The translations under genes were made by a program, and so were the position numbers. From a virus (taxonomy: Duplodnaviria; Caudoviricetes): a DNA stretch of 30,386 bases. Under the pieces are notes generated by a model, which did not search any database, was not told the origin of the DNA, and saw only the letters and a list, made by a program, of their open reading frames with translations. Positions 15,435 to 24,971 of the stretch are shown here, in pieces; position 1 is the stretch's first letter, and each line of letters begins with the position of its first letter. The stretch is taken from positions 1 through 30,386 of the IMG/VR virus record IMGVR_UViG_3300035164_000375. One strand, given 5' to 3'.

Positions 15435-16011
15435 CAATATAGAATTATATGCGGTACCTAATCAACATTGGATAGTTACTGCTGAATATCCTTTTTACCA
15501 AGACCTGGAAAAATTGTTTGATTTTACTAATGAAGATATTAGTAAAGGATCATGCACAGTCAGTGGCATTCAAAAACCAATCAAAGACAGCGAATGGGAT
15601 AAAGAGAGAGCTGAATATAAAAAATGGTTTTTAGACATTTTCAAACAAGTAGATGTTCCTATTTCCAAAATTACTGATAGGCAAGGCGAACAGGAACACA
15701 AAGCATGGACTATTAATTATTTTCCTGGTGGATGGCAGGCAGGACATTTTCATTCTACAAGGAAGACAGACCAATCCAATAAACGTTTTTGTTCTAGTGT
15801 AATGTTTTTTGACGAGCTTACTCCAACCAAAAAGAATCCCTTTAATGGATGTTTATACACAGTCTTGCAAAGTCCTAACGGTTATTCTTATGATCACAAG
15901 TTTCATCCTAGTCCTGGAAAGGTTGTTGTATTTGATGATAGGGTTTGGCATGGAACCTATCCTTGCGAAGATAACAGAAGATGTTTAGTATGGGATTTTG
16001 ATATAGAATGA
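15406..16011 (+). CDS. Putative 2OG-Fe(II) oxygenase
   Basis: WTINYFPGGWQAGHFH...PGKVVVFD...WHGTYP...RRCLVWD, a DSBH fold. Start uncertain (15406 or 15412). Confidence 0.7.
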   Translation: MLMSLIRKNNNIELYAVPNQHWIVTAEYPFYQDLEKLFDFTNEDISKGSCTVSGIQKPIKDSEWDKERAEYKKWFLDIFKQVDVPISKITDRQGEQEHKAWTINYFPGGWQAGHFHSTRKTDQSNKRFCSSVMFFDELTPTKKNPFNGCLYTVLQSPNGYSYDHKFHPSPGKVVVFDDRVWHGTYPCEDNRRCLVWDFDIE

Positions 16012-16190
16012 CAAAATTAGTTTTCATATTAATGCTTATGAACGGGACCGAAGTTGAAGGTGAAAAAGAATATCCTAGTATGCAAAAGTGTAGTTGGTAT
16101 GCTAAAAGTATTAATCAAGAAAGTGATAGGCTTGCAGGTAGATATTCTGCTTGGTGCAAACCTCAGATAGTAGAAGTAAATGAACAATGA
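16008..16190 (+). CDS. Small two-cysteine protein (family recurring in this window)
   Basis: ATGA overlaps on both sides; YPSMQKC...AWCKP. Confidence 0.65.
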   Translation: MTKLVFILMLMNGTEVEGEKEYPSMQKCSWYAKSINQESDRLAGRYSAWCKPQIVEVNEQ

Positions 16191-16867
16191 CCTTAATTAA
16201 AAACAAATACGACTATAAAGAAATAAAAAAAGCAAGTGTGGAAGGTAGAAGACTTTATGCATGTCCTGATGGTAATTCGGTTGCAAGTGTGACAACGATA
16301 TTAGATGCAACAAAAGATAAAACGCATTTGATTGCTTGGCGTAAACGTGTTGGTGAAACCAAAGCCAAAGAGATAACGACAGAAGCCGCGGGTGTTGGTA
16401 CTCGTATGCACAAATACTTGGAGGACTATGTGGAGTCAGGCGAATGGCCTAATGCCGGATCTAATCCTTATGCACAACAGGCCCATAAAATGGCTGAACA
16501 GGTAAAGGAGCAGGCCCTTACAAACATAGATGAAATATGGGGTAGTGAAGTCCAATTATACCATCCTAAGATATATGCTGGTACAACCGATCTAGTTGGT
16601 AGGTACAATGGAAATCCTTGTATTATGGATTTCAAACAAACAAATAAACCTAAGAAAAAAGAATGGGTTGAAGATTACTATTTGCAACTTACTGCCTATG
16701 CCCTAGCACATAACGAGCTATACGGAACAGACATACAAGAAGGACACGTATTCATGTGTTCTAGAGATCTACAATATCAACAATTTGATCTATGGCCTGA
16801 TGATTTTAAACATTGGGAATCAAAATGGTGGGACAGAGTATATCAGTATTATGACAAACACTATTAA
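16187..16867 (+). CDS. PD-(D/E)xK exonuclease (phage Cas4/MGME1-like)
   Basis: Motifs SVTTIL, WRKRVG, GTRMHKYLE, YAGTTDLV, IMDFKQ and QLTAYA. Confidence 0.88.
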   Translation: MTLIKNKYDYKEIKKASVEGRRLYACPDGNSVASVTTILDATKDKTHLIAWRKRVGETKAKEITTEAAGVGTRMHKYLEDYVESGEWPNAGSNPYAQQAHKMAEQVKEQALTNIDEIWGSEVQLYHPKIYAGTTDLVGRYNGNPCIMDFKQTNKPKKKEWVEDYYLQLTAYALAHNELYGTDIQEGHVFMCSRDLQYQQFDLWPDDFKHWESKWWDRVYQYYDKHY

Positions 16868-16868
16868 A

Positions 16869-17456
16869 ATGCAAAAACTATATCATTTCACACATAATAT
16901 TACAGGTAGGAAATATTTAGGACAAACTACACGTGATCTAAATGTATATCAAGGATCAAGCAAAGATTGGTTGGAACACATTGAACGATACGGAAACAAC
17001 TATGAGATAGAAATATTATTTGAAAGTAGTAATCAAGATAGATTCAAAGATGTCTGTAAATATTACAGTGACAAGTTTGATGTCGTAAAAAGTGCTGAAT
17101 ATTTTAATAAGGTAGCTGAGTATGGTGGCAGTACGGGAGGAGCGGCTAATCCTAATCACAAGACAGGAAAATACACAGGAAGATTAGATAATCCTGAGTT
17201 ATACAAGCAATTAGACAGGCAAAAACATGCTGACACTTGGGAAACTAACAGGGAACGCACACATCCTAGAATGAACTTTTATCATCATAAACGTAAAGGT
17301 AATAGAGAACGTGCTGAATACTATTGGAATAAATGGTTTAGCATGGCTCCTAAAAACAGTAACAACAGACAAGCATTATGGCCCACAGATACATTTGAAA
17401 TGTGGTATAATCGAAAGGGTAACGACTTGGACTTCAGGCATAAATACACTATATAG
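16869..17456 (+). mobile_element. Free-standing GIY-YIG-like (Seg-type) homing endonuclease gene
   Basis: N-terminal KLYHFTHNITGRKYLGQT...YQGS...EIL...YFN matches the GIY-YIG layout. ATG at 16869 follows the exonuclease stop. Confidence 0.6.
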
Positions 17457-17466
17457 GAGTTTAGCA

Positions 17467-19086
17467 GTGGCAGTCGTACAGATATCCAGGATACAAGTAA
17501 GAAGAGGACAAAAGAACCAAGGTTCTGGAGTACCACAATTATCAGGCGGTGAGTTTGGTTGGGCCGTTGATGCTAGAGAACTTTACATAGGTAATGGCTC
17601 TGTAGCCGAAGGAGCACCAGCAGTAGGCAACACAAAGATTATAACACAACATGATGATCTGTTTACCCTAGCTGATAGTTACACATACTTAGGTGGTCTC
17701 CAAGTGCAAACAGGAGCTTCAGCAACATCTCCAATCAGAAGAACATTACAGCAAAGATTAGACGAAACAGTAAGCATCAAGTCTTTCGGAGCAACAGGTG
17801 ATGGTAGTGACCAAACTGTTGCAATTCAAAGGGCAATAGATCAACTTTACATTAACACGTCTACAAAAGGAACTGAGCAAAGCAGGGTATCTTTATATTT
17901 TCCTGCAGGTATATACCAAATTACAAGCACAATTTATATTCCACCATATGCAACTATCATTGGTGATGGTATGGACAAAACAAAATTTAACATGACCAAT
18001 AGTGCTATCGCATTTCAAACTGTAAATAGTAGTAGTACTCCTGGAAGTTATGCCAACGACAGTACTAGCACAACTTTGAATCAGGCAACTAATATTCATC
18101 TTGAAGGGTTTACCTTAGCTACAATGTCAACAACAAATCCTGCAATGGTATTGCAGAGTTGTAAAAATAGCAATTTCAAAGAAATTAAAATCACAGGTCC
18201 TTGGACCACAGGAACAACTATTACAGCAACTAATTCCGCTATTAAGTTAGGAAGTCTTAGTTCTGTTGTAGGTACACAGAAAAACAAATTTGATCATGTT
18301 AGCATCACAGGTTTCAGTACAGCTATTGCAAGTGACGACGATGCTTACAACAATCATTTCCACTGCTCATACTTTACAGGTAATGGTTACGGAGTGCAAT
18401 TTGGACAAAATACTGTCATTGGTGCTCAAGGTCAATCAACTGGTCCTAGTAAAAATAAATTTAGCCAATGCCAATTTGCAGATATAGACAGAGAAGGTAT
18501 AGCAATTATAAAAGGCACAAATAATTACAGTTCGCATAATAACTTCGAAGGTGTAGGTAATGTAGGAGGGAATGAAGGAAATGCACAATATCCTGTCATC
18601 GACTTTACAGCAGGAGGGAACAGTTCAGTAGAAGACACATTTGCAAGAACTTCAGATCTTTCTAATAATCAAACTTATCTTACAACTTTTCCTTACATAT
18701 CAGAAATAAAAGGTAAAGTTAATGCAAGTTTAGGTGGATTTATGACCTTGGAAATTACAGAACAATCATCGCCAGTATACTTTTTTAGACTCCCAGGAGA
18801 TTTTTCTAGGACTTATGAAGTTGAATATTTTTATAATAGCGGATTGGTTAATGCACAAAGAAGTGGTAAAATGACGTTTCAGTTAGATAAAGGCACTAAT
18901 ACAGTGAACTTTACTGACGAACATGATTATCAAGGAAGTAGTACATACGAGACCAATTTACAGTTTACTGCCGCTATGGTAAACACAAATGGACAAGTAG
19001 GGGTTGACACAATCATAGTTTCTATGTTAAACTCTACTACAAATGATACAGGAAGTTTCAACTACAAAATTAAAGTTCTAGGTTAA
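17467..19086 (+). CDS. Virion structural / tail fibre-spike-like protein with pectate-lyase-like beta-helix
   Basis: GTG start with SD AGGAG and TAAATA at 17441. N-terminal RIQVRRG...LSGGEFGWAVD..ELYIGNG; SIKSFGATGDG.DQT.AIQRAI...LYFPAGIY. Confidence 0.8.
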   Translation: MAVVQISRIQVRRGQKNQGSGVPQLSGGEFGWAVDARELYIGNGSVAEGAPAVGNTKIITQHDDLFTLADSYTYLGGLQVQTGASATSPIRRTLQQRLDETVSIKSFGATGDGSDQTVAIQRAIDQLYINTSTKGTEQSRVSLYFPAGIYQITSTIYIPPYATIIGDGMDKTKFNMTNSAIAFQTVNSSSTPGSYANDSTSTTLNQATNIHLEGFTLATMSTTNPAMVLQSCKNSNFKEIKITGPWTTGTTITATNSAIKLGSLSSVVGTQKNKFDHVSITGFSTAIASDDDAYNNHFHCSYFTGNGYGVQFGQNTVIGAQGQSTGPSKNKFSQCQFADIDREGIAIIKGTNNYSSHNNFEGVGNVGGNEGNAQYPVIDFTAGGNSSVEDTFARTSDLSNNQTYLTTFPYISEIKGKVNASLGGFMTLEITEQSSPVYFFRLPGDFSRTYEVEYFYNSGLVNAQRSGKMTFQLDKGTNTVNFTDEHDYQGSSTYETNLQFTAAMVNTNGQVGVDTIIVSMLNSTTNDTGSFNYKIKVLG

Positions 19087-19511
19087 TGTTTGAATTAAAA
19101 TTTGAAGATAAAGTAAAAGTCTGGAGAAATTTAAGAGACCAACTCGAAACTCATCCAAGACCGTACGAATCTGTTTTACAATTTGTAAACAAACTACCTA
19201 TATCAGCAAAGAAACCAAATGCTTGGGATCCTAAGGCAAAAGTAGAACCTTGGCATTTGATTGAGAAGAGTGAATTTACTGAGTACGAAATTGCACAACT
19301 TATTGCGTATACTTTACAGTTAACCGATAGGTTTAGTGGAGCTGAAATTGAGATACATATCAGTAAGAATATAAAGAAAAGTAACTTAATTTATTTAGTG
19401 CATGTGGATAACTTTATTGTAATTGGATACAATAACGAAGTAACAACCGTTGAGGAACTTCCCAAACATATTGTGTCACAAAAGATTTACAAGATGCCAT
19501 CATTGCACTAA
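19086..19511 (+). CDS. Hypothetical phage protein (141 aa)
   Basis: TAATG coupling to the structural gene. Confidence 0.75.
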   Translation: MFELKFEDKVKVWRNLRDQLETHPRPYESVLQFVNKLPISAKKPNAWDPKAKVEPWHLIEKSEFTEYEIAQLIAYTLQLTDRFSGAEIEIHISKNIKKSNLIYLVHVDNFIVIGYNNEVTTVEELPKHIVSQKIYKMPSLH

Positions 19512-19540
19512 ATATTTTTTATTGACAAGGGAAAAGAAGT

Positions 19541-21880
19541 ATGAAGACAGACCTCAACATCATCAAAAGAACAGGAAGTAGTGTACCCCTAGATGTACAA
19601 AAAATACACAAAGTGGTTAATTTTGCGTGTGAAGGACTAACCGGTGTATCAAGTAGTTTGGTACAAATGAACGCAGGTATTCAATTTGTAGATGGAATAT
19701 CGTCAAGAGAAATACAAGACTTATTAGTTAGATCAGCAAATGATCTGATATCGTTAGAGTCACCAAACTATCAATATGTAGCGGCAAGACTTTTACTATA
19801 CGGAATTTATAAGGATGTTTTTGGTGGGTTTGACAAAACACCTATGATCGAAATGATAAAAAAGAACATAGAAAGAAAAGTTTATGATAGCTCTATATTA
19901 GATATGTATAGTGAAGAAGAATTTGAAAGAATGGAAAAGTATCTCAAACACAATAGAGATGAAAATTTTACCTATGCCGGACTTAGACAGATTGTAGACA
20001 AGTATCTTTGTCAAGATAGAAGCTCAGGTGAGATATATGAATCACCTCAACTCATGTATATGATGATTGCGGCTACACTATTTGCCAACTATCCAAAAGA
20101 AGATAGAATGCATTATGTTAGGAGATATTATGATGCGACCTCACTTTTTAAAATCAATATCCCAACGCCAGTCATGGCCGGTGTGCGAACACCTATTAGA
20201 CAGTTTGCTTCGTGTGTCCTTGTTGACAGTGACGATACCCTTGATAGTATCTTCGCAAGTGATATGTCAATTGGTCGGTACACGGCACAAAGAGCAGGCA
20301 TTGGAATTAACGCAGGACGTATCAGAGGAATCAATTCAAAAATAAGAGGCGGAGAAGTTGCACACACAGGTGTGGTACCATTCTTAAAAAAGTTTGAGGC
20401 AACTGTAAGATGTTGTACACAAAACGGAGTACGTGGTGGTAGTGCAACAACACATTTTCCTTTTTGGCATCAAGAAATTGAAGACATCCTAGTTTTAAAA
20501 AATAACAAAGGAACTGAGGATAACAGAGTACGTAAATTAGATTACTCTATTCAATTAAACAAAACTATGTATGAGAGATTATTGAAACAAGGAGATATCA
20601 CTCTTTTTTCACCTCATAGGGTACCAGGTTTATACGAAGCTTTCTTTAACGATCAAGACAAATTTAAAGAATTGTATGAAAAGTACGAAAAAGATCCTAG
20701 CATAAAGAAAAAGACTTTACCTGCTATGCAATTATTTTCTGCTCTCATTAAGGAACGTGCAGAAACAGGACGTATATACATTATGAACGTGGACCATGCA
20801 AATACACACAGTTCATTTAAGGATACTGTATACATGAGTAACCTATGTCAAGAAATTACTTTACCTACAAAACCATTACAACATATTGACGATCCAGATG
20901 GAGAAATAGCTTTATGTATCTTATCAGCAATAAATGTTGGTACTATAAAAGAGTTAGACGACCTATCAGAATTATGTGATTTGGCTGTAAGAGCCTTGGA
21001 TGAAATAATTGATTATCAAAAGTATCCTATCAAGGCGGCAGAGATTAGCACAAAAGCAAGAAGATCATTAGGTGTAGGTTATATTGGCCTTGCACATTAT
21101 CTAGCTAAGAATGGTTGTAAATATTCGGATAAAAAAGCATTGACAAAAGTTCATGAACTTTCAGAAGCATTTCAATATTATTTGCTGACAGCAAGTAATA
21201 AATTAGCACAGGAAAAAGGCAAATGTGATTACTACGATCGCACTAAATATAGTGATGGCATACTGCCTATTGATACATACAAAAAAGAATTAGACGAAAT
21301 ATGTTCTATAACATTAAAATATGATTGGGATAGTCTTCGCGAGGACATTAGAGAGCACGGTTTACGGCACAGCACATTGTCCGCACAGATGCCTTCGGAG
21401 AGCAGTTCCGTTGTGTCGAATGCCACAAACGGAATTGAGCCACCTAGAGGATTCTTGTCCGTTAAGAAAAGCAAAAAAGGGCCTCTTAAGCAGATTGTTC
21501 CACAGTATCAAACCTTAAAAGATAACTATACACTATTATGGGATATGCCAAGTAATGACGGTTATATCAATATAGTTGCAGTGATGCAGAAGTTTTTTGA
21601 TCAAGCGATAAGTGGTAATTGGTCATATAACCCAACGCATTATGAAAATAACGAAGTACCAATGAGTGTAATGATGAAAGACTTATTGAATACTTATAAG
21701 TATGGTTGGAAGACATCATACTACCAAAATACTTATGATTATAAGTCAGACGGAAGTGTTGAAGAACCACAACATTCTTTAGGCTGGCATGACAATGTGA
21801 AAGAGAATCCTGTAGATAGAGAGGATTTTAAAGGAACGGATGAAGAATACGAAGAGTATTGTGATTCGTGTGCTATATAG
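19541..21880 (+). CDS. nrdA: Ribonucleotide reductase class Ia alpha subunit
   Basis: N-terminal ATP cone; PTPVMAG..T..RQFASC; QNGVRGG; SNLCQEI; ALCIL; MPSESSS...NATNGIEP; KTSYY; C-terminal CDSC. Confidence 0.97.
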   Translation: MKTDLNIIKRTGSSVPLDVQKIHKVVNFACEGLTGVSSSLVQMNAGIQFVDGISSREIQDLLVRSANDLISLESPNYQYVAARLLLYGIYKDVFGGFDKTPMIEMIKKNIERKVYDSSILDMYSEEEFERMEKYLKHNRDENFTYAGLRQIVDKYLCQDRSSGEIYESPQLMYMMIAATLFANYPKEDRMHYVRRYYDATSLFKINIPTPVMAGVRTPIRQFASCVLVDSDDTLDSIFASDMSIGRYTAQRAGIGINAGRIRGINSKIRGGEVAHTGVVPFLKKFEATVRCCTQNGVRGGSATTHFPFWHQEIEDILVLKNNKGTEDNRVRKLDYSIQLNKTMYERLLKQGDITLFSPHRVPGLYEAFFNDQDKFKELYEKYEKDPSIKKKTLPAMQLFSALIKERAETGRIYIMNVDHANTHSSFKDTVYMSNLCQEITLPTKPLQHIDDPDGEIALCILSAINVGTIKELDDLSELCDLAVRALDEIIDYQKYPIKAAEISTKARRSLGVGYIGLAHYLAKNGCKYSDKKALTKVHELSEAFQYYLLTASNKLAQEKGKCDYYDRTKYSDGILPIDTYKKELDEICSITLKYDWDSLREDIREHGLRHSTLSAQMPSESSSVVSNATNGIEPPRGFLSVKKSKKGPLKQIVPQYQTLKDNYTLLWDMPSNDGYINIVAVMQKFFDQAISGNWSYNPTHYENNEVPMSVMMKDLLNTYKYGWKTSYYQNTYDYKSDGSVEEPQHSLGWHDNVKENPVDREDFKGTDEEYEEYCDSCAI

Positions 21881-21894
21881 AAGAGGAAAATAAA

Positions 21895-22998
21895 ATGGCA
21901 AAGACAGTTTTTAATAAAGAAAAAGTAGATTTCACAAAGAGCACGATGTTCTTTGGTCCAGATCAAAACACACAGAGATATGATGTATTCAAATTTCCAG
22001 AGTTTGATAAATTAAATCAAACAATGTTAGGTTACTTTTGGAGACCTGAAGAAGTAAGTTTACAAAAAGATAGAGCCGACTTTGCTAATTTTAGACCAGA
22101 ACAAAAACATATTTTTACTGCAAATTTGAAATACCAAACTCTTTTAGATAGTGTTCAAGGACGTGGACCTAGTTTAGCCTTTTTGCCATATGTATCTTTA
22201 CCAGAACTTGAAGGCTGTATTGTGACATGGGACTTTTTTGAAACTATCCACAGTCGTTCCTATACACATATTATTAAAAATGTCTATCCTGATCCTAGTG
22301 AAGTATTTGATACTATTTTGGATGATAAAGAGATTTTGAAAAGAGCAAAGTCTGTTACCAAAAACTATGATGCATTTACTTTGGCGGCAGATGATTGGTT
22401 CCAACGTAAACAAGGTACACTTCGCGATGTCAAAAAGAAGCTCTACCTAGCCATGATGAATGTAAATATACTAGAAGGATTACGTTTTTACGTATCTTTT
22501 GCATGTACTTTTTCTTTTGCAGAATCTAAGAATATGGAAGGATCTGCAAAGATAGTTTCTCTTGTTGCTAGAGATGAAGCAACACATTTGAACTTGTCAA
22601 CTCATGTATTAAAGAATTGGCAAAAAGGTTTAGATGATAAAGAAATGGCAAAAATTGCAAAAGATTGTGAAGATGAAGTTTATGATATGTGGCGTACATG
22701 TGTTGATGAAGAAAAAGCCTGGGCAAATTATCTGTTTAAAGATGGTGCCATAATTGGTTTGAACGAAGAACTCTTACATCATTATGTAGAGTTTATTGCA
22801 AACAAAAGACTAAAGGCTTTAGGACTGAAAACAATATATGATCGTCCTTTAAATAACAATCCGCTACCATGGACTCAGCATTGGTTATCTAGTGCTGGAC
22901 TTCAAGTTGCTCCGCAGGAGACAGAAGTTGAAAGTTATATTATCGGTGGCATCAAACAAGATGTAGATGAAGATGTACTGAAAGGATTTACATTATAA
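21895..22998 (+). CDS. nrdB: Ribonucleotide reductase class Ia beta subunit
   Basis: Motifs FWRPEEV, LLDSVQGRGP, ETIHSRSY, LEGLRFYVSF, RDEATH and VAPQETEVESY. ATG 21895 with SD GAGG. Confidence 0.97.
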   Translation: MAKTVFNKEKVDFTKSTMFFGPDQNTQRYDVFKFPEFDKLNQTMLGYFWRPEEVSLQKDRADFANFRPEQKHIFTANLKYQTLLDSVQGRGPSLAFLPYVSLPELEGCIVTWDFFETIHSRSYTHIIKNVYPDPSEVFDTILDDKEILKRAKSVTKNYDAFTLAADDWFQRKQGTLRDVKKKLYLAMMNVNILEGLRFYVSFACTFSFAESKNMEGSAKIVSLVARDEATHLNLSTHVLKNWQKGLDDKEMAKIAKDCEDEVYDMWRTCVDEEKAWANYLFKDGAIIGLNEELLHHYVEFIANKRLKALGLKTIYDRPLNNNPLPWTQHWLSSAGLQVAPQETEVESYIIGGIKQDVDEDVLKGFTL

Positions 22999-23273
22999 TG
23001 AATGACGTAATAATTTATAGTAAAACTCATTGTCCTAGTTGTTTAAAGGCAAAGGCAACCTTTGATAAATTGAAGGTTCCTTATACTGTAAAAACACTTG
23101 GAGTTGATATTCAAGCATCAGAATTGTTTACCATTTTTGAAGGAAAAGGACTTCCACAGCCAAGAACAGCCCCACAAATCTTTATAGGTGATACTTATAT
23201 AGGAGGCTACGAGGCTTTAGAAGCATACATTGAAAATACAGGTTTCAATGGTTCTGGACACTCAGTAGGATAA
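22998..23273 (+). CDS. Glutaredoxin
   Basis: YSKTHCPSC, RTAPQIFI and IGGY; adjacent to nrdAB. Confidence 0.9.
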   Translation: MNDVIIYSKTHCPSCLKAKATFDKLKVPYTVKTLGVDIQASELFTIFEGKGLPQPRTAPQIFIGDTYIGGYEALEAYIENTGFNGSGHSVG

Positions 23274-23274
23274 T

Positions 23275-23574
23275 ATGTTAATAGAAAAACCAGATTATAG
23301 TGTAAACGATACAATTACATTTAAAACTCAAGCAGGCGAAGAAGTAGTTTGCAGAGTGACTGAGATCAATAAAGATTCTATCAAAGTTAGAAAACCAATG
23401 GCTTTGACAATGACAGAAAAGGGAATAGGTATGGTACCTTTCTCTCTAACAGTCAGCCTGGATACTGAAATGGTTATTAATTTAGCCACGGTAGTTTTTA
23501 TCGCGAAGACAGCCGATAGAACCGCAAAGCAGTATATAGAATCAACTACAGGGCTTAAAGTAGCTGTCAATTAA
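23275..23574 (+). CDS. Hypothetical phage protein (beta-rich, possibly Sm-like)
   Basis: TFK...GEEVV pattern; follows glutaredoxin in the operon. Confidence 0.65.
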   Translation: MLIEKPDYSVNDTITFKTQAGEEVVCRVTEINKDSIKVRKPMALTMTEKGIGMVPFSLTVSLDTEMVINLATVVFIAKTADRTAKQYIESTTGLKVAVN

Positions 23575-23586
23575 GGAGAGAAAGTT

Positions 23587-23766
23587 ATGTCAGACATACA
23601 TGAACAAATCAAAGCACAATACGAGGCCTATTTGAACGAAACAGCATCTTTTGATGAGAAAGGTGTCAAAGCGGCGGCGGCAAGAGCAAGAAAGGCTCTA
23701 GGCGAAATAGGAAAATTAGCAAAAGCTCGTAGAGCTGAGATTCAGGAAAAAAAGAATAATATGTAG
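23587..23766 (+). CDS. Histone H1-like (Hc1-type) small protein, 59 aa
   Basis: Not in the ORF track. SD AAGGAG; FDEKGVKAAAARARKALGEIGKLAKARRAEIQ matches the Hc1-like GxKAAxxRARK pattern. Confidence 0.75.
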   Translation: MSDIHEQIKAQYEAYLNETASFDEKGVKAAAARARKALGEIGKLAKARRAEIQEKKNNM

Positions 23767-23854
23767 TTAATATGGAGAACCATATTATATATAAATAAAT
23801 TAAAGGCGTGTTGCTATAATTACTCACGCCTTTACATTAACAGGGCTAAACAAA

Positions 23855-24076
23855 ATGACAAAGCAAGGAAAACTCAAATGGTACAATCATGTCAAAGGAT
23901 ATGGTTTCATTTCTCGTGATGAAGGACAAAAAGATATATTTTGTCATGTATCAGAATTCCGTAAAGCAGGTATCAAAAAGGTCGTCGAAGGAATGATAGT
24001 AGAATATCAAATTTCCGACCATAATGGTAAGCCGGTTGCTACCGATATACTCATAGTTCATACTCCAGAAAAATAA
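23855..24076 (+). CDS. Cold-shock domain protein
   Basis: GKLKWYN..KGYGFI (RNP1) and DIFCHVS (RNP2). Confidence 0.92.
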   Translation: MTKQGKLKWYNHVKGYGFISRDEGQKDIFCHVSEFRKAGIKKVVEGMIVEYQISDHNGKPVATDILIVHTPEK

Positions 24077-24084
24077 ATACATGT

Positions 24085-24258
24085 ATGAAGGATACAGTTT
24101 TTGCACGACTATCGTCTGAAGAAAAAGTAGCAGATTTGAAGAGCAGAATTCAGACCTTCAAACACAAACATTCTGTTTTGTATCCAGAAATACAAAAAAA
24201 GAAAGAGGAGATGCAAAATCGTGACAGCCGCCTACGTTCTCTTTTTACTCGTAGTTAA
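24085..24258 (+). CDS. Small hypothetical protein (57 aa, MKDTVFARLSSEEK...)
   Basis: Not in the ORF track. ATG lies 5 nt after TAAATA (24074-24079); fills the gap. Confidence 0.55.
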   Translation: MKDTVFARLSSEEKVADLKSRIQTFKHKHSVLYPEIQKKKEEMQNRDSRLRSLFTRS

Positions 24259-24589
24259 ACACGCAGTAGCAGATTTAATATTACAAAGTAGGCTCACTTC
24301 AGGTGATAAAGCCGATCTTACCTCACTCAAAGGATATAGACATGCACTAGATCATGCTCTTTGTACTTTATTGGTATGTATTTTCTTTGCACCCATTCCG
24401 TGGGCTTTAGGAATAGCTATATTAGATTTCGTTTTGCACTTTGCTATAGACTTTTCAAAAACAAAAATTGTTAGAAGATACAAAATCAAATATGAAGGTA
24501 AGGTTTTTTGGTGCATTCAAGGTGTAGATCAAATAGCCCATTACTGTTGTTATATATTTTACGTTCTACTCTTGACAAATCATTTATAA
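24221..24589 (+). CDS. DUF3307-like membrane protein
   Basis: Motifs KHAVADLILQ, H..H, HFAIDFSK and GVDQIAH; GTG start with SD GAGGAG. Confidence 0.75.
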   Translation: MTAAYVLFLLVVKHAVADLILQSRLTSGDKADLTSLKGYRHALDHALCTLLVCIFFAPIPWALGIAILDFVLHFAIDFSKTKIVRRYKIKYEGKVFWCIQGVDQIAHYCCYIFYVLLLTNHL

Positions 24590-24602
24590 GATGCTATAAA
24601 TA
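24572..24602 (+). promoter_or_regulatory. Composite early and late promoter of the tmRNA gene
   Basis: TTGACA-N17-TATAAA, whose -10 element is also an exact TATAAATA late box. Confidence 0.75.
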
Positions 24603-24690
24603 TACTTGCAACGTTGAAGCAATTCAAACGCTGTGCAGGACCTGGGGGCGGTACCCAGCAGGTCCACCATAAAGACACTGGAGTTTAGTG

Positions 24691-24882
24691 ATGGTTGAAA
24701 TAGTTTGGCATATACTTTTGACAGTATGTTTACAAGGTGACTGCATGTCACAAGAAGTAATGACATTTAACAATCAAAAGACTTGCGAAACTGTAAGACA
24801 ACGATACACAGAAATTCCAAAAGACGGTCACTGGACTAGTGTTACATATATTTGTAAACCAAAAGATTCAGTGTCTTTATGA
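24691..24882 (+). CDS. Small two-cysteine protein encoded inside the tmRNA intervening segment (63 aa)
   Basis: SD GGAG at 24680-24683, ATG at 24691, TGA at 24880-24882. Same architecture as four other small ORFs in the window (FNNQKTC...YICKP). Confidence 0.72.
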   Translation: MVEIVWHILLTVCLQGDCMSQEVMTFNNQKTCETVRQRYTEIPKDGHWTSVTYICKPKDSVSL

Positions 24883-24971
24883 TGGGCCTGAAATAGGATC
24901 GACTGGCAGTTAATAGAGTTCGTGGAGTTGTCCGGATCTAAGCTCGGTTAACGCGAAGACACGTTATAAAT

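Noticed and set aside
16187-16867. Cas4-like nuclease as evidence for CRISPR-Cas
   Set aside because: No repeat-spacer array or other cas gene was seen, and the four-Cys Fe-S pattern of Cas4 is not evident. It is best read as a stand-alone phage exonuclease.
17311-17466. Upstream extensions given by the ORF track (17311, 16785, 15358, 21868, 25112, 27646, 28679, 27332)
   Set aside because: They overlap neighbouring genes or regulatory sites. Downstream starts with SD sequences or translational coupling fit better.
19541-22998. Introns or inteins in nrdA/nrdB, which are common in T4-like phages
   Set aside because: Both ORFs are continuous and of normal length with motifs in order.
24638-24669. 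The tRNA-like 3' fragment read as an attachment-site remnant or pseudo-tRNA
   Set aside because: It pairs (including G3.U70) with the downstream GGGCCTG 5' half and has its own promoter, so it is the acceptor piece of a permuted tmRNA.
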